A stretch of DNA of 63,464 bases, filler included, from Reticulomyxa filosa (Eukaryota > Protista > Foraminifera): assembly GCA_000512085.1 (NCBI GenBank). It is 19 parts of 19 records of this genome, joined end to end, with 100 filler letters (N's around TTAATTAATTAA, not from the genome) between each part and the next. Parts side by side here need not be neighbours in the genome. Positions count along the whole stretch, not along the records: positions 7,232 to 18,052 come from ASPP01007126.1; positions 18,153 to 22,636 come from ASPP01023478.1; positions 22,737 to 25,857 come from ASPP01000677.1; 16 more parts are not named here. One strand, 5' to 3'. Shown piece after piece: positions 12,773 to 25,957 of the stretch. Numbering within the stretch: the first letter of the stretch is position 1; every line of letters begins with the position of its first letter. A program made the translations under genes and the position numbers. The notes under the pieces were generated by a model. That model was given only the letters and a program-made list of their open reading frames with translations. It was not told where the DNA came from and did not search any database.

Positions 12773-15112
12773 CTATTGCAACGTGGAGATATCAGCATCA
12801 AGAGTGGTAGCCGATGGTGAACTTTGCCCATCATCTTGTCCAATGACATCGGCTTGATCTTTGTTATTTGCATGACTGAGAACGGATTTGGAGAGTAAGA
12901 ATTGCATTGAAACTTTTTTTGACATTGAGAAACTTTCAGGTTTGGTTTCATGATGTACTGGTCTAGCTTGCACAGTTGCACTTGCGTGCGTGGACTCACT
13001 CTGCAAGACATGATCAGACGATGAATCGTGATCATTGCTGGTTGGAATACTTTGTCGCAATTGTTTACGTTCTTTCAATGCGTCAGTCAAATTTTTGACC
13101 AAAGAATTTTTGACACCAGTAGGAAGATGAGAAGGTTCTACCCATTCTTCTTTCTCATTTTCGTCTTCGTCATACGTATTTGATGAAATGTGTTGTTGTT
13201 GATCATCAATGGGATGTTTCATATCATATTCAAATAATTGTTCGCCATTAATCCATTTCTCTTCATTTTTTTTTGTATTTTGTGCTTTGTTTTGTGCAAG
13301 TGCAAAATCGCTTGAGTGTTCCATCAGTGTCTCACTTGGATTGACCAATGAACTCATATCAATCTCTTCTTCCGGCCACTCCAAAAATTTGTCTTCATTT
13401 GCATTTGCGGCATTTGATTGCAACTGTGGTGGCGAGGGAAGCAATTTGAGCAAGGATTGATACTCGCTTTCCATTTGATGAAGCACTTTGGAAAAGTCCA
13501 TAAACGCATCGCAAAATATTGGTGTCATTGCATCGGACTCAATTTTTTTAAAGGATTGACAGGCTTTATATTGCGAATAAATTGCACAAATCTGTGCATT
13601 TAATTGATCCGTTTTTCTTTGCAAACGATACAAATGGTCATATACTGTATCTTGTGCTCCATTCCATTTTTCAAAAGTCCATTTCAATCGATTGACACCA
13701 GCACTGAGATTATTACAAGTACCAAGGCATGGAGCACTGTCGCTCGGCTTTGGCTTTGTGCTTGATTGCAAAGTGTCAACTGTGTTGAATGAGTGCTCCA
13801 ATTTGGTCCATTTCATTTGCGTCTTTACAATGATATTTCGGTCACATAGCAATGCACTTACTTCTTGTACTTTGGCATTCAATTGATAGCAATAATAATA
13901 ATAACAATAACCAAACAATGGAAGATTATTTATTAATTTCGAAAAAATGCGATTTGAAGGAATAGAATTGAAGGAAAACAAATGAGAAAATTGAAACTTA
14001 TGATAGACCAATTGAAAAAAAATTTGACAAGTGATTTTGTATTTGCGATAGATTTGCCACAAATCAGTCAACTTACATTGCTCTACAAATGCAGACGAAG
14101 AAGATAATGATGATGATGATGACGGCAACGATGAGGAGGAGAAATAACCATGACATTGAATTTGTTGATTCAATAATTGCATTTTTGCAATCAATGTATG
14201 CAAAACTCGGTTGGCAATGAAATCTTGTTGTCCTTGCACAAATTGCATATTCGGGAATGAGATGGAATCACCATTATCATGATCATTGTCACAAAGCTGT
14301 TGTGACAGCGGTATGATTAATGCATTGGCTTTGATTTGAATGGATGGGTGTTTGAAAGGATAAGCTGTGGAAGAGAAGGGTTGTTGCTGACGATAAAGAG
14401 TGGAAAAGATTTTGAACACTCTTGTCAATTGCTTATCCAAAGATAACATTGCAACATTGAATTGGGGAAATGACACAGAAAATAAAGAACGGACCACCCA
14501 GTGATAGAGACATACATCTGCAATCAATATAAACATATGCAGTATTACATGCCACCACAATATTGTGTTTAATGAATGTGTCCAATTTCTTGCAGTTATC
14601 TCATTGCCATGTGCTTGTCCATTCATTGTCATCATCACCATTACCAATAACATTGAATAGATCACAAGCAATGAAACTAATGATGATATGCTCATTTCGT
14701 TGTCTCCAAGCAGTAACACTGATGGCTTTGTTTCTTGCTTTGTCACGGCATCCTTTGTGTCCAATGAATAAGTCGCGGTAATTTCATTGAGAAAGTCATA
14801 TTGCGGTTTGAAACATATGGCTGGAAAGTAATTTGTACATTTATAATACAGTGGAAACATACGATACAGTAATAAGTACCATTCTTGTTCTAGTCTTGAT
14901 TCGTATTCTTCTTCCAATTTCTTGCCAACTTCTTTCATTTTGTCGACACTGTCGATCCATATCTTCTTTTCGTCTTCTGCTGTTGATGTGCGTTCTAGGA
15001 ATGCTTTCACTATTATATCATTACTTTCAGACCATCTTAAAAAATTTAAAAATGCATCCGAGGCAACTGCCAGTTTACCTTGCCTAATGACCTTTGTTTG
15101 TGTATCTCGCAT
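12773..15112 (-). CDS. Membrane protein with two TM helices and coiled coil (weakly vezatin-like)
   Basis: Uninterrupted 779-aa ORF. Hydrophobic segments SISSLVSLLVIYSMLLVMVMM and ILWWHVILHMFILIADVCLYHWVV, then a helical region and an acidic tail. Confidence 0.7.
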   Translation of the reverse strand: MRDTQTKVIRQGKLAVASDAFLNFLRWSESNDIIVKAFLERTSTAEDEKKIWIDSVDKMKEVGKKLEEEYESRLEQEWYLLLYRMFPLYYKCTNYFPAICFKPQYDFLNEITATYSLDTKDAVTKQETKPSVLLLGDNEMSISSLVSLLVIYSMLLVMVMMTMNGQAHGNEITARNWTHSLNTILWWHVILHMFILIADVCLYHWVVRSLFSVSFPQFNVAMLSLDKQLTRVFKIFSTLYRQQQPFSSTAYPFKHPSIQIKANALIIPLSQQLCDNDHDNGDSISFPNMQFVQGQQDFIANRVLHTLIAKMQLLNQQIQCHGYFSSSSLPSSSSSLSSSSAFVEQCKLTDLWQIYRKYKITCQIFFQLVYHKFQFSHLFSFNSIPSNRIFSKLINNLPLFGYCYYYYCYQLNAKVQEVSALLCDRNIIVKTQMKWTKLEHSFNTVDTLQSSTKPKPSDSAPCLGTCNNLSAGVNRLKWTFEKWNGAQDTVYDHLYRLQRKTDQLNAQICAIYSQYKACQSFKKIESDAMTPIFCDAFMDFSKVLHQMESEYQSLLKLLPSPPQLQSNAANANEDKFLEWPEEEIDMSSLVNPSETLMEHSSDFALAQNKAQNTKKNEEKWINGEQLFEYDMKHPIDDQQQHISSNTYDEDENEKEEWVEPSHLPTGVKNSLVKNLTDALKERKQLRQSIPTSNDHDSSSDHVLQSESTHASATVQARPVHHETKPESFSMSKKVSMQFLLSKSVLSHANNKDQADVIGQDDGQSSPSATTLDADISTLQ

Positions 15113-15458
15113 GATTTATTACTTCAATTTTTTTTTTTGCCCCTTCTGCTTTTTCTTTATCCGCTTTGTGTAAAAGATGTGGGAGCAAAAATTTTGTTAA
15201 AAATATCGTTATGCAAGTATATTGTCATTTTTTACTAAGATTTTATTTGATATTCAAGTTCAAGACTAAAAAAGAGAAAAAGAGTAAATATATTCAATGA
15301 AAACTTTGATATTTTTTAACTCTTCGAAATTTTTGTATTTATTTGTAGACTGCAATTTAAAAAACAAAACCCGATAGCCCAAAAGTCGGTCACTCCGTAT
15401 TAGACATACACACCTCACCAGTGAAAAAAAGTAAAATTTGTTAAATAATCAACGCAAT

Positions 15459-17087
15459 CTAATTAAGAAGATTGTGCCAACTTAGAAAGAGGCAAAAAAA
15501 AGAAGCAAGTGTCAATCCGGACAAAAGCTTGTTGCACGTGAAATGGAGCCACAAACGGTCACGTGTGTAGATGGACATAAAAGTATGAAAAAGGGTAACG
15601 AAATCAAGACAGTCCTGGAAATACATATAAAAAAAAATTTGCATATGTAAAGGAAGATGTAAAGAAATGCGAAAAATAAGGATTTTTTTTTTTTTTACGC
15701 TTCGGATTCTCCGCGACTGATTTTTTTGCAACACAATTGCATGGCTATGCAAAAGTTATGAAAATTGACAAGAAAAAACCAGCCATGAGGACATTTGCTT
15801 TTGCAGCAGCAGCCGAATAAGAAAATATCAACCCAGCCCATGAGAGCTAAAAACACGACCAGAGGCCCAAAGCAATAGCGTTGCATGGAGTGATCGTCTA
15901 AAACCTCGAGTTACACAAATCCGAAAAGAAAGGAGAACACACTGAGAAGAGCGGCAATGACAGTAGCCAAAGCGAGCAGAAAGAGAATATATTTGAGGGA
16001 CGAATTGAAAACTTTGTACATTTTGTTATTACAACCACAACAAGTTCGGAGCCAAAGGATCGTTTGCAGCGATAGTGATATGAGAATTAATATGACAACC
16101 GCCGATACAAGTATATCAAAGTAGAAGACCAATGGTTGCGAAAATGCATCTACAAAGCACTCATTGGACACATTGCTGTACTGCATGCTATACCGATTGG
16201 CACTCAAGTGCTTCTCCGTCTTCACAAATTGACGCACGTTGAGATACCAAAACCAACATGCCGATGATATCATCACATTGTAAAATGCGATGCAATATGA
16301 CAATCCTGCACACCACCTCGCCAACAGGTACGAACCCACTCCAAACCCCCAATGTAACTGCCAATGCTGATATGCCATAGATCTTGTAGTCTTTGTGCCA
16401 AGACCTAACTTCAAGGCTTGATTCACAGGAAAAGTGATTATTATCTTTTGTCCATTTTTTTTTATTCTCTTTTTATTAATGATGTGATTGAATGTATACG
16501 TTACGTATACACATAAACAAAACAAAAAAATTTATACTATTTTTTTATTATTATTATTGTTGTTTGGATCAACTGTCACATTGATCTTTGATGACATATG
16601 TGGTTTGATTATTGCTGCCATAACACACAACATGTGGAAAGCGATTCTCACAAACACTCCACTCCAAACGCAGGTTTACGTTGCTGGAAGACTCAAAAAC
16701 ATTGAGGAGACAATAACAACATTGGTTCGAGCTTTGAAATAAGTGGTCCACTGATGTTTGCTTCCTCACCGATCCGAGGTAGATTATGACTCCAAACAAC
16801 GTGAACCGTACCAAGTTTCATAGGCTATACACAGATTGCTGCTGAAAATAAGATAGCTCTTTCTCAAATTGAATCGATTCCATATTTATCGCTACTGAGC
16901 AGTTCTCTTCACCTCTCAATGTATTATCGCTTGTCCTAAACTTTTGGGAAACTCCATAATTCCCAAATAACATGCATTCGAGTATATTAACACATCTACG
17001 GTTCTCTACTGTTACGCTTACAGAGCCGACTGAAGACGTGTCTTCAGCATTTATTAAGTTGTCATTTATGCCACCATTGAGTTTCAT
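15459..17087 (-). CDS. Multi-pass membrane protein with one premature TGA (possible pseudogene)
   Basis: ORFs 16818..17087 and 16569..16814 are in one frame, separated by a single TGA. Exons at 15911..16450, 15695..15905 and 15459..15617 carry several TM segments. Confidence 0.5.
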
Positions 17088-17852
17088 TTCAATTCAATAC
17101 TTATTTTGACAATAATAGCCAAGATTGCTGTTAAATGGGAGGATAGCAAAAAAATTATTTTTACAGACGGAACCCACGTTTATTTTTATTATAGGATATC
17201 AGTGTTTTGACTTTCAATTCTTAAATTTGCACTTTATTACCTAAAAATTGTCTCAAAGATAGTTTCATGATCTTTGAAAGAAGTTTTTATTTATACAAAT
17301 CTTGTGTTTCATTGCGTTGAATAGAAATTTCGAGAAATCAACGTATGTAACAAAAATGAAAAATAATTTATTCAAAGTTGCGTGTTGATTGAAGTACAAG
17401 TGAAGAAATAAGTTACCAAAATGAAAGAAGTGTAATGTACAGTATATAATCCAAAAATATCTTTGCTATTTAAATTGTGAAATGAAAGTGGTACACTTTT
17501 TCTACTTGCTGAATGTCCATATTTAATCAATTCTGTAGATTTTGTACATATCTCTAAAGAAAACTTTGATGCCTTAAAAAAAAATGTGAAAGTATGAATT
17601 AAACTTAAATGTAAAGTTTTAAAGATAGTACGAGCTCCAGTGGCATTTCAGAACACAACGGATCAGAATGAAAACTTGTCAATGTAAAGGACAGCTAACT
17701 TTTGAGCAAGTAAAAAAGTATTTCTTTTTTTTTTTTTTCTAAGTAGTTGTGACTGCTTCGCAACTTCGCCAAAGAGGACTGAGAATTTCAAGTTTTCCCC
17801 TTTATTCATTACCCTTTTAATTGCCTTGATTCCTTCTTTTATTTTGGAAAGC

Positions 17853-18017
17853 ATGGATCAACCCCAAACCCAAAATGGTGATGAAGTGTCCCCGCAAACG
17901 CAACGTGAATTATACAAGAAAATTGGTTATAAAATCCAAGTCGTTGGAGAGACTTGGTACCCCATATCGGCAAAGTGGTATAAATCGTGGGTGGCATACA
18001 CTGCCTACAATAAGAAA
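17853..18017 (+). CDS. USP4/11/15-type deubiquitinase, DUSP domain, first exon
   Basis: VSPQTQRELYKK...VGETWYPISAKWYKSWVAY matches the DUSP WYLI..W...W..Y pattern. Truncated at contig end. Confidence 0.75.
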
Positions 18018-19439
18018 GTTGTGTATTGTGTATATTTGTGTGTGTGTGTGTGNNNNNNNNNNNNNNNNNNNNNNNNNNNNNNNNNNNNNNNNNNNNTTAA
18101 TTAATTAANNNNNNNNNNNNNNNNNNNNNNNNNNNNNNNNNNNNNNNNNNNNTCCAATTCAATATCCATTTCCAATGCCACCATGCATGCTGGAAGCCAT
18201 GTTCGGAGTGCGGTTAATAAGTCTGCATGTTTACCATTAAATTGTGTTTTTATTCCAATTCTAATTATGGTATTTTGTCCCAGTATTGCTTGCAGTAGAG
18301 CCGATTAGTGTAAAAACAACTTGCCTCGGCCTTCGGATAGCCTTGTTATAAGCTAGTGGATTTCTGTTTTGCCCTAGGTTCAGTAGAAGTTACCAGACAA
18401 TCTGAGTTCTGCCAAACACAAAAACCTGATATTTACCTCGAAATTGCCAATTTCTCAAAGGTGTCAAACACTATTAAGGCAGTCAACGTTCTCCTTCTCC
18501 TGCAAGCCGCCCGTTTCCAGTAAAAAAATTTTTATCACAGTTTGTACCTTGTTACTCTTAAGGCAACTTATGAAATAAACGCTTGCAGTTTTAAAAAGCA
18601 CTTCCACATCTCACAGTAATACGACACACAAATGCTGATCCGATAATGACACCCGAAAAAGAATTGCGACATAAAACGTTGTCAAAAACAGTAACAAGTG
18701 AATAAAATTGTTGATACTTATCATCATGTAATTGCAAGTTCTGATTGTTGGTGATCAATTCAAATATCTTTTTAAAATCAATAAATTAAAAAATAAACAC
18801 AACACGCATGCAATTTTAACTCAAATAAAATTTCAACTAACAAGCACAAACAGAACAATGTGTTAATTTAAATTTGAAAAATAAAAAAAAGAAAATTAAG
18901 TACTTTAATCTATTCTAGACATTATACATTCAAAAACACACAAACAAACACTAAAATCTCAATTTGTTCTTGAGCACATATTATGTTAAGTCTTGGAAAC
19001 TTATATCGACTATGTTGTTTTTCGAATTAGCAAATAAGTAAATTGTTACATTGAGATATGACAATTATTGTGTTTTAATTCGTTTGTTTATTAAATAGTC
19101 ATATCCACTTAGACAATACGTATTCATGCATAATTTTGTCAAATATTTTTGTCCAACACTATGATTTTTTATTTGATAATTATATTAGTTTTTTGTTTGT
19201 AGTTCAATTTGTGTTATTGTTTCTTGTTTTAATACTTTTTGTGTTGAATCTTGATACGTTGTCTCAACTGATACTTATGCTATGCATTGTATTCACATAT
19301 ATTTTTCATTGTATCTGCTTCTCGCGAAATCGAGAATTTGTCATTGTAATTGGTGCGATATTGTGCCCGATATTGATATTTAATCATTCTTCTTAACTTT
19401 TTTCTTTATCTTTGTCATGTATATCAATCAATATTATTC

Positions 19440-20100
19440 TAACGATAAATGTAAGCATCGCAATGACAACATGTTACCAATAATAACGTATCCATCGTTG
19501 TAAATGTTGATAATAAGACATGTTTAAGTCTTTTTTCAAGCATATTCTTCTGTTTCCACTACGTTTTTTAGAAAGTTGATCCACATTGGCAATATTTGTT
19601 TTAAATACTTTTGTTCTCATTGATGCATAGTATCAGATTATTTGAAGAATAGAAAAGAACAAATCTCTTACCTTTGTTTGTTTTCTTTTTGCAATTTTTC
19701 CTGTTTAAATTAGTGGTAAGTGGAATATGAAAGTTTTTATTATTACATGACATGAAGGATGATAATATGCACCACCATTTGATTTAATGTTCGCAATGTG
19801 AAAACTAAATACTATGCGCTTTGACCAACGGAAGATGCATGATTACGATGCACGTAGTGCATTCACCATTGTCTTGTGCGATAAATTCAAAAGTGCCCGA
19901 TTGCTTTGGTTGCATTTCTATCACAATGTCCGACTTTATGCCAAGCTCTTTATAGCCAACATCCAACTGGCCACCGAGCTTCACATTAAATGATCCTCTC
20001 ACACATTTTCTCCTTGCTGCCACGTCATAGAAACATTTTTTGTTGTGCGCTGGCAATGTCGTCAAATATTACTGACAGCAAAGGAAACGTTACAATGATA
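19440..20100 (-). pseudogene. p24/TMED (emp24/GOLD) family, disrupted
   Basis: TLPAHNKKCFYD...GSFNVKLGGQLDV...KQSGTFEFIAQDNGECTTC is a GOLD-domain signature. The signal-peptide region is out of frame and downstream exons contain stops. Confidence 0.6.
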
Positions 20101-20989
20101 TAAATGGTAAATTTTTTCTATACGAAAAAATTAAGCTGGAATGTTTTTTGGATTTGACAGTCAAAAAAAAAGCATAAAAACAAAACTGTCACATGTGTCT
20201 TCATTTTTTCAAATATTTTTTTTTTTGCAACAGTTAGCAAAGAAAAGCTAAAACTTGTTTGCAAATAATTACTCAATAAATTACGTCATATTCTACTTTG
20301 GTTATCGACGGGGAACGAGAACAGATTTTGAACGTGACAATTTTATTTTCATTCGGGCACAAGATTGCTTTGTTTGTATTTTCACAATCACATGACAAGG
20401 CAAAATCTTTCAATCAATATCCTTTATAATCATTGTGGCAATTAAATATTTGAACAAGAAATATGTAACTTGTGCAATTGGATTGCACGATGAAAAGTGT
20501 CGATTAATATATTGCACAAGTTTTGATAACCAAAAGCAACACCAGAAACAGGATATCAAATGTCAAACTTGATGTTTGATAAACTTTGATAGAAGCAAAA
20601 AAAAAGAACACAAAACGAGTCAATTTCGGACAACGTACATATCAGAGTTTTTGTGCTAGTTGTTGCAATTGCAAAAGTTGTTTCAATGGAAAGAGTATTT
20701 GCCTGCATATTTCGCTGTTAAGGTTAGAGCATAAGACAATAATTTTGAAGTTTGACTGAGTGCAAATTGAATTAATCTAAAAGTAGCAAACAAGTACTGT
20801 CGCAAAAGCAAAACAAAAAAAGGACAGGCAATAGTAACCAAAAAACACAAAAAAACAACTTTCCACCTTTAATACCCATCAGTCATCGTTTTATTTTTCA
20901 TCTCTTAATTGCTTCTTGACAAGCCATAGACAAAAGACACTCACAACCAAAAACAGATACAATGCCTCAAACAGTGTAGAAACACGAGA

Positions 20990-22600
20990 CTATTCACCGT
21001 CTTGACTCGAAATAGAAGAAGGTAAAGAACGTAAAAATGCAACTTGTGATTTAGAAAAAGTGGATGTTGAGCGTGAATCAAGCTTTTCAAACCCTTCCGC
21101 ATTAAGTACGTTCGTTGGTCGTTTGTGAACGTGCTCACTCGAGGTATCAGAGCCAAGATAATCAACAGAAGCTTTCTTTTCACTCTCGAGCTTTGATCCA
21201 CTTTCTAATCGAGGAGTATCCCCCCCAATATTTTTGGTAGGTGGTATTTGTGAAGGAGGACGAGCCGAGGCAATATTGACATGATCAACATTGTTTTTTT
21301 GCAAATAAGTTGCAACATCAGAAGTTTGAGTTTCGCTTTGGCTGTGGTCCGTGCTTTGTCGATGAACAACATCTAATCCCGAGATTGAGAAGAACACAGA
21401 GCATATTGCTTTGATTTGTGAATACTGTTCAAAAAGTATAGATAATGTGAATTAACTTAAGAAGTTTTCTTTTTCTACTATATTGCCTTGATCAACCCAA
21501 GACTTGCGATCCGTAGGCAAATCAGGTAAGGAAAGGCTCCAATTGCTCTTATTGTATTCATCCTCAATGTGCATGGCTGGAACCGAGACATCACTATCAC
21601 GTTTTGGTTGAAAGGAGAATTTTGGGTTGGTTTCCGCAGTCAATGTAGTGATATCGTTGTTTTTTTTTTGTAATTGATTTGCAATTGTTGTTGCATTCAT
21701 TTGTGAAAATGGTTTATCCATTACTTGTGGTTCATCTGTTTTTTCGTCCATTCTTGGAAGTCTGTCATCATTATTAGAGCGATTGTCTTTGTGATTGCTA
21801 TTGTCTTTTTTTTGTCAGTTTGAAGTGATTTGTGTTTCTTTATATTTGCTTGCATTTTGTCTGGTCCACGGCGATTCGAGATGTTGCGACTAGGATTTTG
21901 ATCCGTGTCCGAAGAGCCACGTGTCACATTCGTCTGACTCTCTGCCAAATACTCTTTTGTAACTTCAGAGCCTTCATGAGCACCAATGTTGACTCCTAAC
22001 TTGGTTTTTGGTTTCGCATCGCTTTGTTTTCCCGTCTTTTGTCAAATGACCACACATACACATAAACACAGCTCCATATCTCACATCCCTAAAACGTTGC
22101 TTCTTTACCTACCATTCGATGTGAATGGCAAAGAAGAATAGAGTGTCAATGTGTGTAATATAAGTCTCTATCTCTCTCGTTTTTCTTGCACAAACATTGG
22201 GCAATCCCTTGTGCGAGGATTGAGACGACGAAATAAAATTGGAATTGGTTCCAACAGCAGTGCTGGTTTGTGTGGTTGTCTGTTTGGACGAAAGTGTGCA
22301 ATCAGATTGAGTCCAGACAGGAACAGTTGGTCTCAATATAGGAAAGGCACTCAATTTGCTACGCAACAGATCGTCTTCGCTGATTGGCGAAATTGTGTTT
22401 TCATCCAGCATCGTGGTGTTTTCAAGTTCAGGATGTAATTCCAGGTCGATTTCCAATTCTCGTTCATGTTCTTGAGTCCGTGGATTCGCTTGCATGGCCT
22501 GAGCATTTACGATCAAGTCTTCTGTCATCAGCTGATGATGGATATTTTGTAGTACAACTTCATCACTATTAACAAAATACACAGCGCACAAAAGTAACAA
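20990..22600 (-). CDS. Hypothetical low-complexity protein, 3' exons
   Basis: Successive minus-strand ORFs (22109..22600, 21721..21948, 21452..21751, 20990..21397), with a frameshift in the A-run at ~21810. Confidence 0.5.
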
Positions 22601-23039
22601 AAAAGACTTTGTCGTTTGTGTGTGTGTGTGTGTGTGNNNNNNNNNNNNNNNNNNNNNNNNNNNNNNNNNNNNNNNNNNNNTTAATTAATTAANNNNNNNN
22701 NNNNNNNNNNNNNNNNNNNNNNNNNNNNNNNNNNNNAAAAAAATTTGATTAAATGTTGTTTTTTCATGTAGAAACACAATCATCTCTATAAGGTGGCATT
22801 TTAGGTGTCAACTTTCTTTTTTATCTTACTGTAATTTAATGAATAGAAAAAAAATAAAATGAAAAAAGGAAATTAAAATAAATTCGAGTTACATTTGAAA
22901 AGGAAGAATATGGGAATATCGTATTTTTGAAACAAAAATTGGTGCAATATTAGAAAGATGTTCTACAATCAGTCTTGTATATCTTTGTTGTGTTTTCAAC
23001 ATACAAAATATCAAATGTAAGAAAATAACGACTTAGCAG

Positions 23040-23140
23040 AAAACTATATATTGAAACAACTAAATAATTCATCGTATTCAAGGATATGTACATGTACCAA
23101 ATGAATTAGTACAAGTTGTCTGGATCAAATAATAAGAATG
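23040..23140 (+). pseudogene. Degraded WD40 fragment
   Basis: tatattgaaacaactaaataattcatcgtattcaaggat and tctggatca resemble the DIETTKQ..F.G and SGS segments of the downstream WD40 gene. Confidence 0.4.
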
Positions 23141-23852
23141 AAATTTTTTTTAATTTCATAAAATTTTTGTAAAGAGACGATGAATTTAGTAATTACATAT
23201 TTTGCATACTAAATTATATCGTGAATGTGAAAAAGGAAAAAGTGCTTTGTCATAGGCAATCCAAGTAGCCAATAGAATCAATTTAAGTGAAATACTAACT
23301 CACACACATTTAATGAATAAATAATTATTTATTTCGAAAAAATTTTTGGGCATAACAACACCGTTATGTTGATGATCCAGAAATGTTTATTTAATTTCAC
23401 AAAGTGATTATGTAAATAAAACTATTCAAACATTTAAGTTCTTTGTGTTTGATGATTATTCTGAGTATATGAAAGGAAAGTTGTGATGTATTTATACAAA
23501 ATGAAAAACAATTAACCGACAATGTAATTTGCAAATACAAATATAGTTATTTAATTTACAATCTAGGATCCTGGACAATAATTGATTGCAAACAAAAATT
23601 TTCTTTCCAATTACAATAAATCGAATGTTTCTCAAATTCAAGAATAAACCAAAGGACATTTGCACTATTTTTAAAAAGTTATCCTTTTGTTTGCATACCC
23701 AGTTTCAAATAGGTTATCTTATTTTGAAAAGAAACCAGACATTGTTAAATCTTATTTTTCATCTAAGTATTTTTGGTCTTTTCATAGATGAAAAAACGTT
23801 TCAACTTTTTTTGTCATTTGTCATCTAGGATAAAAATAACGTAGTTGAAAGA

Positions 23853-25263
23853 ATGATCACTCACAATAGTAAAAAACAAACTTCAACGCAATCATCATTG
23901 GTAAGCTTCATTACATTCTTCAAAGTTGTTGTCATCAGGATTTTTTTTGTTGCATATGGTTTGTGGTTGGATTAGTTAGAAAAAAAAGAGACCCAATTAA
24001 TTATTCGGCATTGGATTCGAATATTAAAAATTAAATTAGGATGGATCAATGAGTTTGACAAACTTGTTGTCAATTATGTTATGTTTTTTTTTTGTCAAAT
24101 GTTTTCATTTAATCAAAAATATTAGAATATTTATTGTCATTACTAATACAGGCCACTACATTCTTCATGCTTGACACGTTTTGTTCATCATCTAAAGTAT
24201 TCAAAATTTTCACTGGACACACTGATTTTGTGAATAGTATTGATTATTTTACATTAGATGGTGATCAATTGCTATGTTCTGGGTCAGATGATAAAACAGT
24301 TCGTGTATGGAATATAGAGACAAATAAACAAATTCAGTTATGTAGTTATTCTAACTGGGTATCTTGTGTAATATTTTCACAATATCATTATCACAATTAT
24401 CGTCGTAATGTCATTTGCTCTTCATTAGGTGACAATACTATTCAATTTTGGGATATCAAATATAATCAACAATTTCAAATATTTGATGAGCATACTGACG
24501 GTGTTTCTGGAATTGAATTCTCATCATTTAATGGTGGTAGATATTTATGTTCTGGATCATTTGACAATACTATTTGTTTATGGGATGTTGAAACATCTAA
24601 ATCTTTGTATATTTTTAATGGACATGAAGGTGGTGTTTGGTGTGTTTCTATTTCGCCACTACAAAGCAATAACAATGACAACATCAATAATAAAAGTAAT
24701 AATATTGGTGTAATTGGTGGTAATGGATATACTATTTGTTCTGGATCATGGGTAGAACTATTCGTATATGGGATATTGAAACAACAAAACAACTAGTTAT
24801 ATTTGAAGGACATAAAAGTTGTTTGAGGAGTGTAAAATATGGATCAAATGAATTAGGAAATATTGGTGGTGCAAATACAATATTATCTGGATCATCTGAT
24901 CAAAGTGTTCGTTTGTGGGATATTCGATCTGGTCAACAAATTCAAGTGTTTAACGGACATAAAAATTATGTATACGATGTTGAATATTCGCCATTTGTAA
25001 TAAAAAATAATATTGATGCTGTTTGTTCAAATGTGATATGTTCTGGATCAAGAGATAATACAATTCGTTTTTGGGACATTCGATCAAATAAGAAAAAATT
25101 GTATATGATAAAAGGAGACAAGAAAGAAGAAAATGGAATAAAATGTCTTAAATTTGTAATATTAAAAAAGAAAGGAAAGAAAAGTGAACAAAAATTAGGT
25201 GATGATTGCAGTGTTAATTTATGTTATGGTTCAACTAAAGGTCCAATTTGTATTTGGGGATGA
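23853..25263 (+). pseudogene. WD40-repeat protein of the lineage-expanded family, frameshifted
   Basis: Exons MITHNSKKQTSTQSSL / LEKKETQLIIRHWIRILKIKLGWINEFDKLVVNY / repeats GH...CSGS.D.T.R.WD. A 1-nt loss at ~24752 (TGG G[A]T AGA, not a homopolymer) splits ORFs 24134..24796 and 24736..25263. Confidence 0.85.
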
Positions 25264-25825
25264 ATATGTATGAATAATCCTTTTTTAAAATTGCGACAAT
25301 TTTTTTAAGTGAAAATATACTGATGAGACTATTTTGATTGCAATTTTTCAATTTACTCAATTTAAAAAAGAAGGCTATGTTCAATTAATATGTACTTTTA
25401 ATTTCTTTGACTGCAAAAAAAAACAAAAAAAACTTGCATTACACATATGAGACAATATCATAATTAAAAAAATAATATGACGAAAATGTTCCAAAATATG
25501 AATAACAGTGCAAAATCGATTTAGTGAATGATGTCATTACAATCTATTTTACTTGAATAAAGATATCCGTTTAGATAAGTTAAATTGTATTGATGGATTT
25601 CTACAGTAGTTTGCATAAAAATGGCACACCTGCTATGCCACGTTATAGACATAATCCAAGAAAATATTCAATCCTAATTTTTTTAAAACACTATCTTGTT
25701 ACTTATTAATTTTTTTTTATTTGTTTTTACATCAGTGTAATTTTTTAAAATTGTCTCAATTTAAAATTTATGACTAATTTTTTTGTTAGAAACGATGATT
25801 AAATCTTGTTGGAACCGAAAGGGTT

Positions 25826-25857
25826 TGAATTCCGGGTTTTTAAAAACCCGGAATTCA
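25826..25857. repeat. Perfect 32-bp palindrome at contig end
   Basis: TGAATTCCGGGTTTTT|AAAAACCCGGAATTCA. Confidence 0.9.
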
Positions 25858-25957
25858 NNNNNNNNNNNNNNNNNNNNNNNNNNNNNNNNNNNNNNNNNNN
25901 NTTAATTAATTAANNNNNNNNNNNNNNNNNNNNNNNNNNNNNNNNNNNNNNNNNNNN

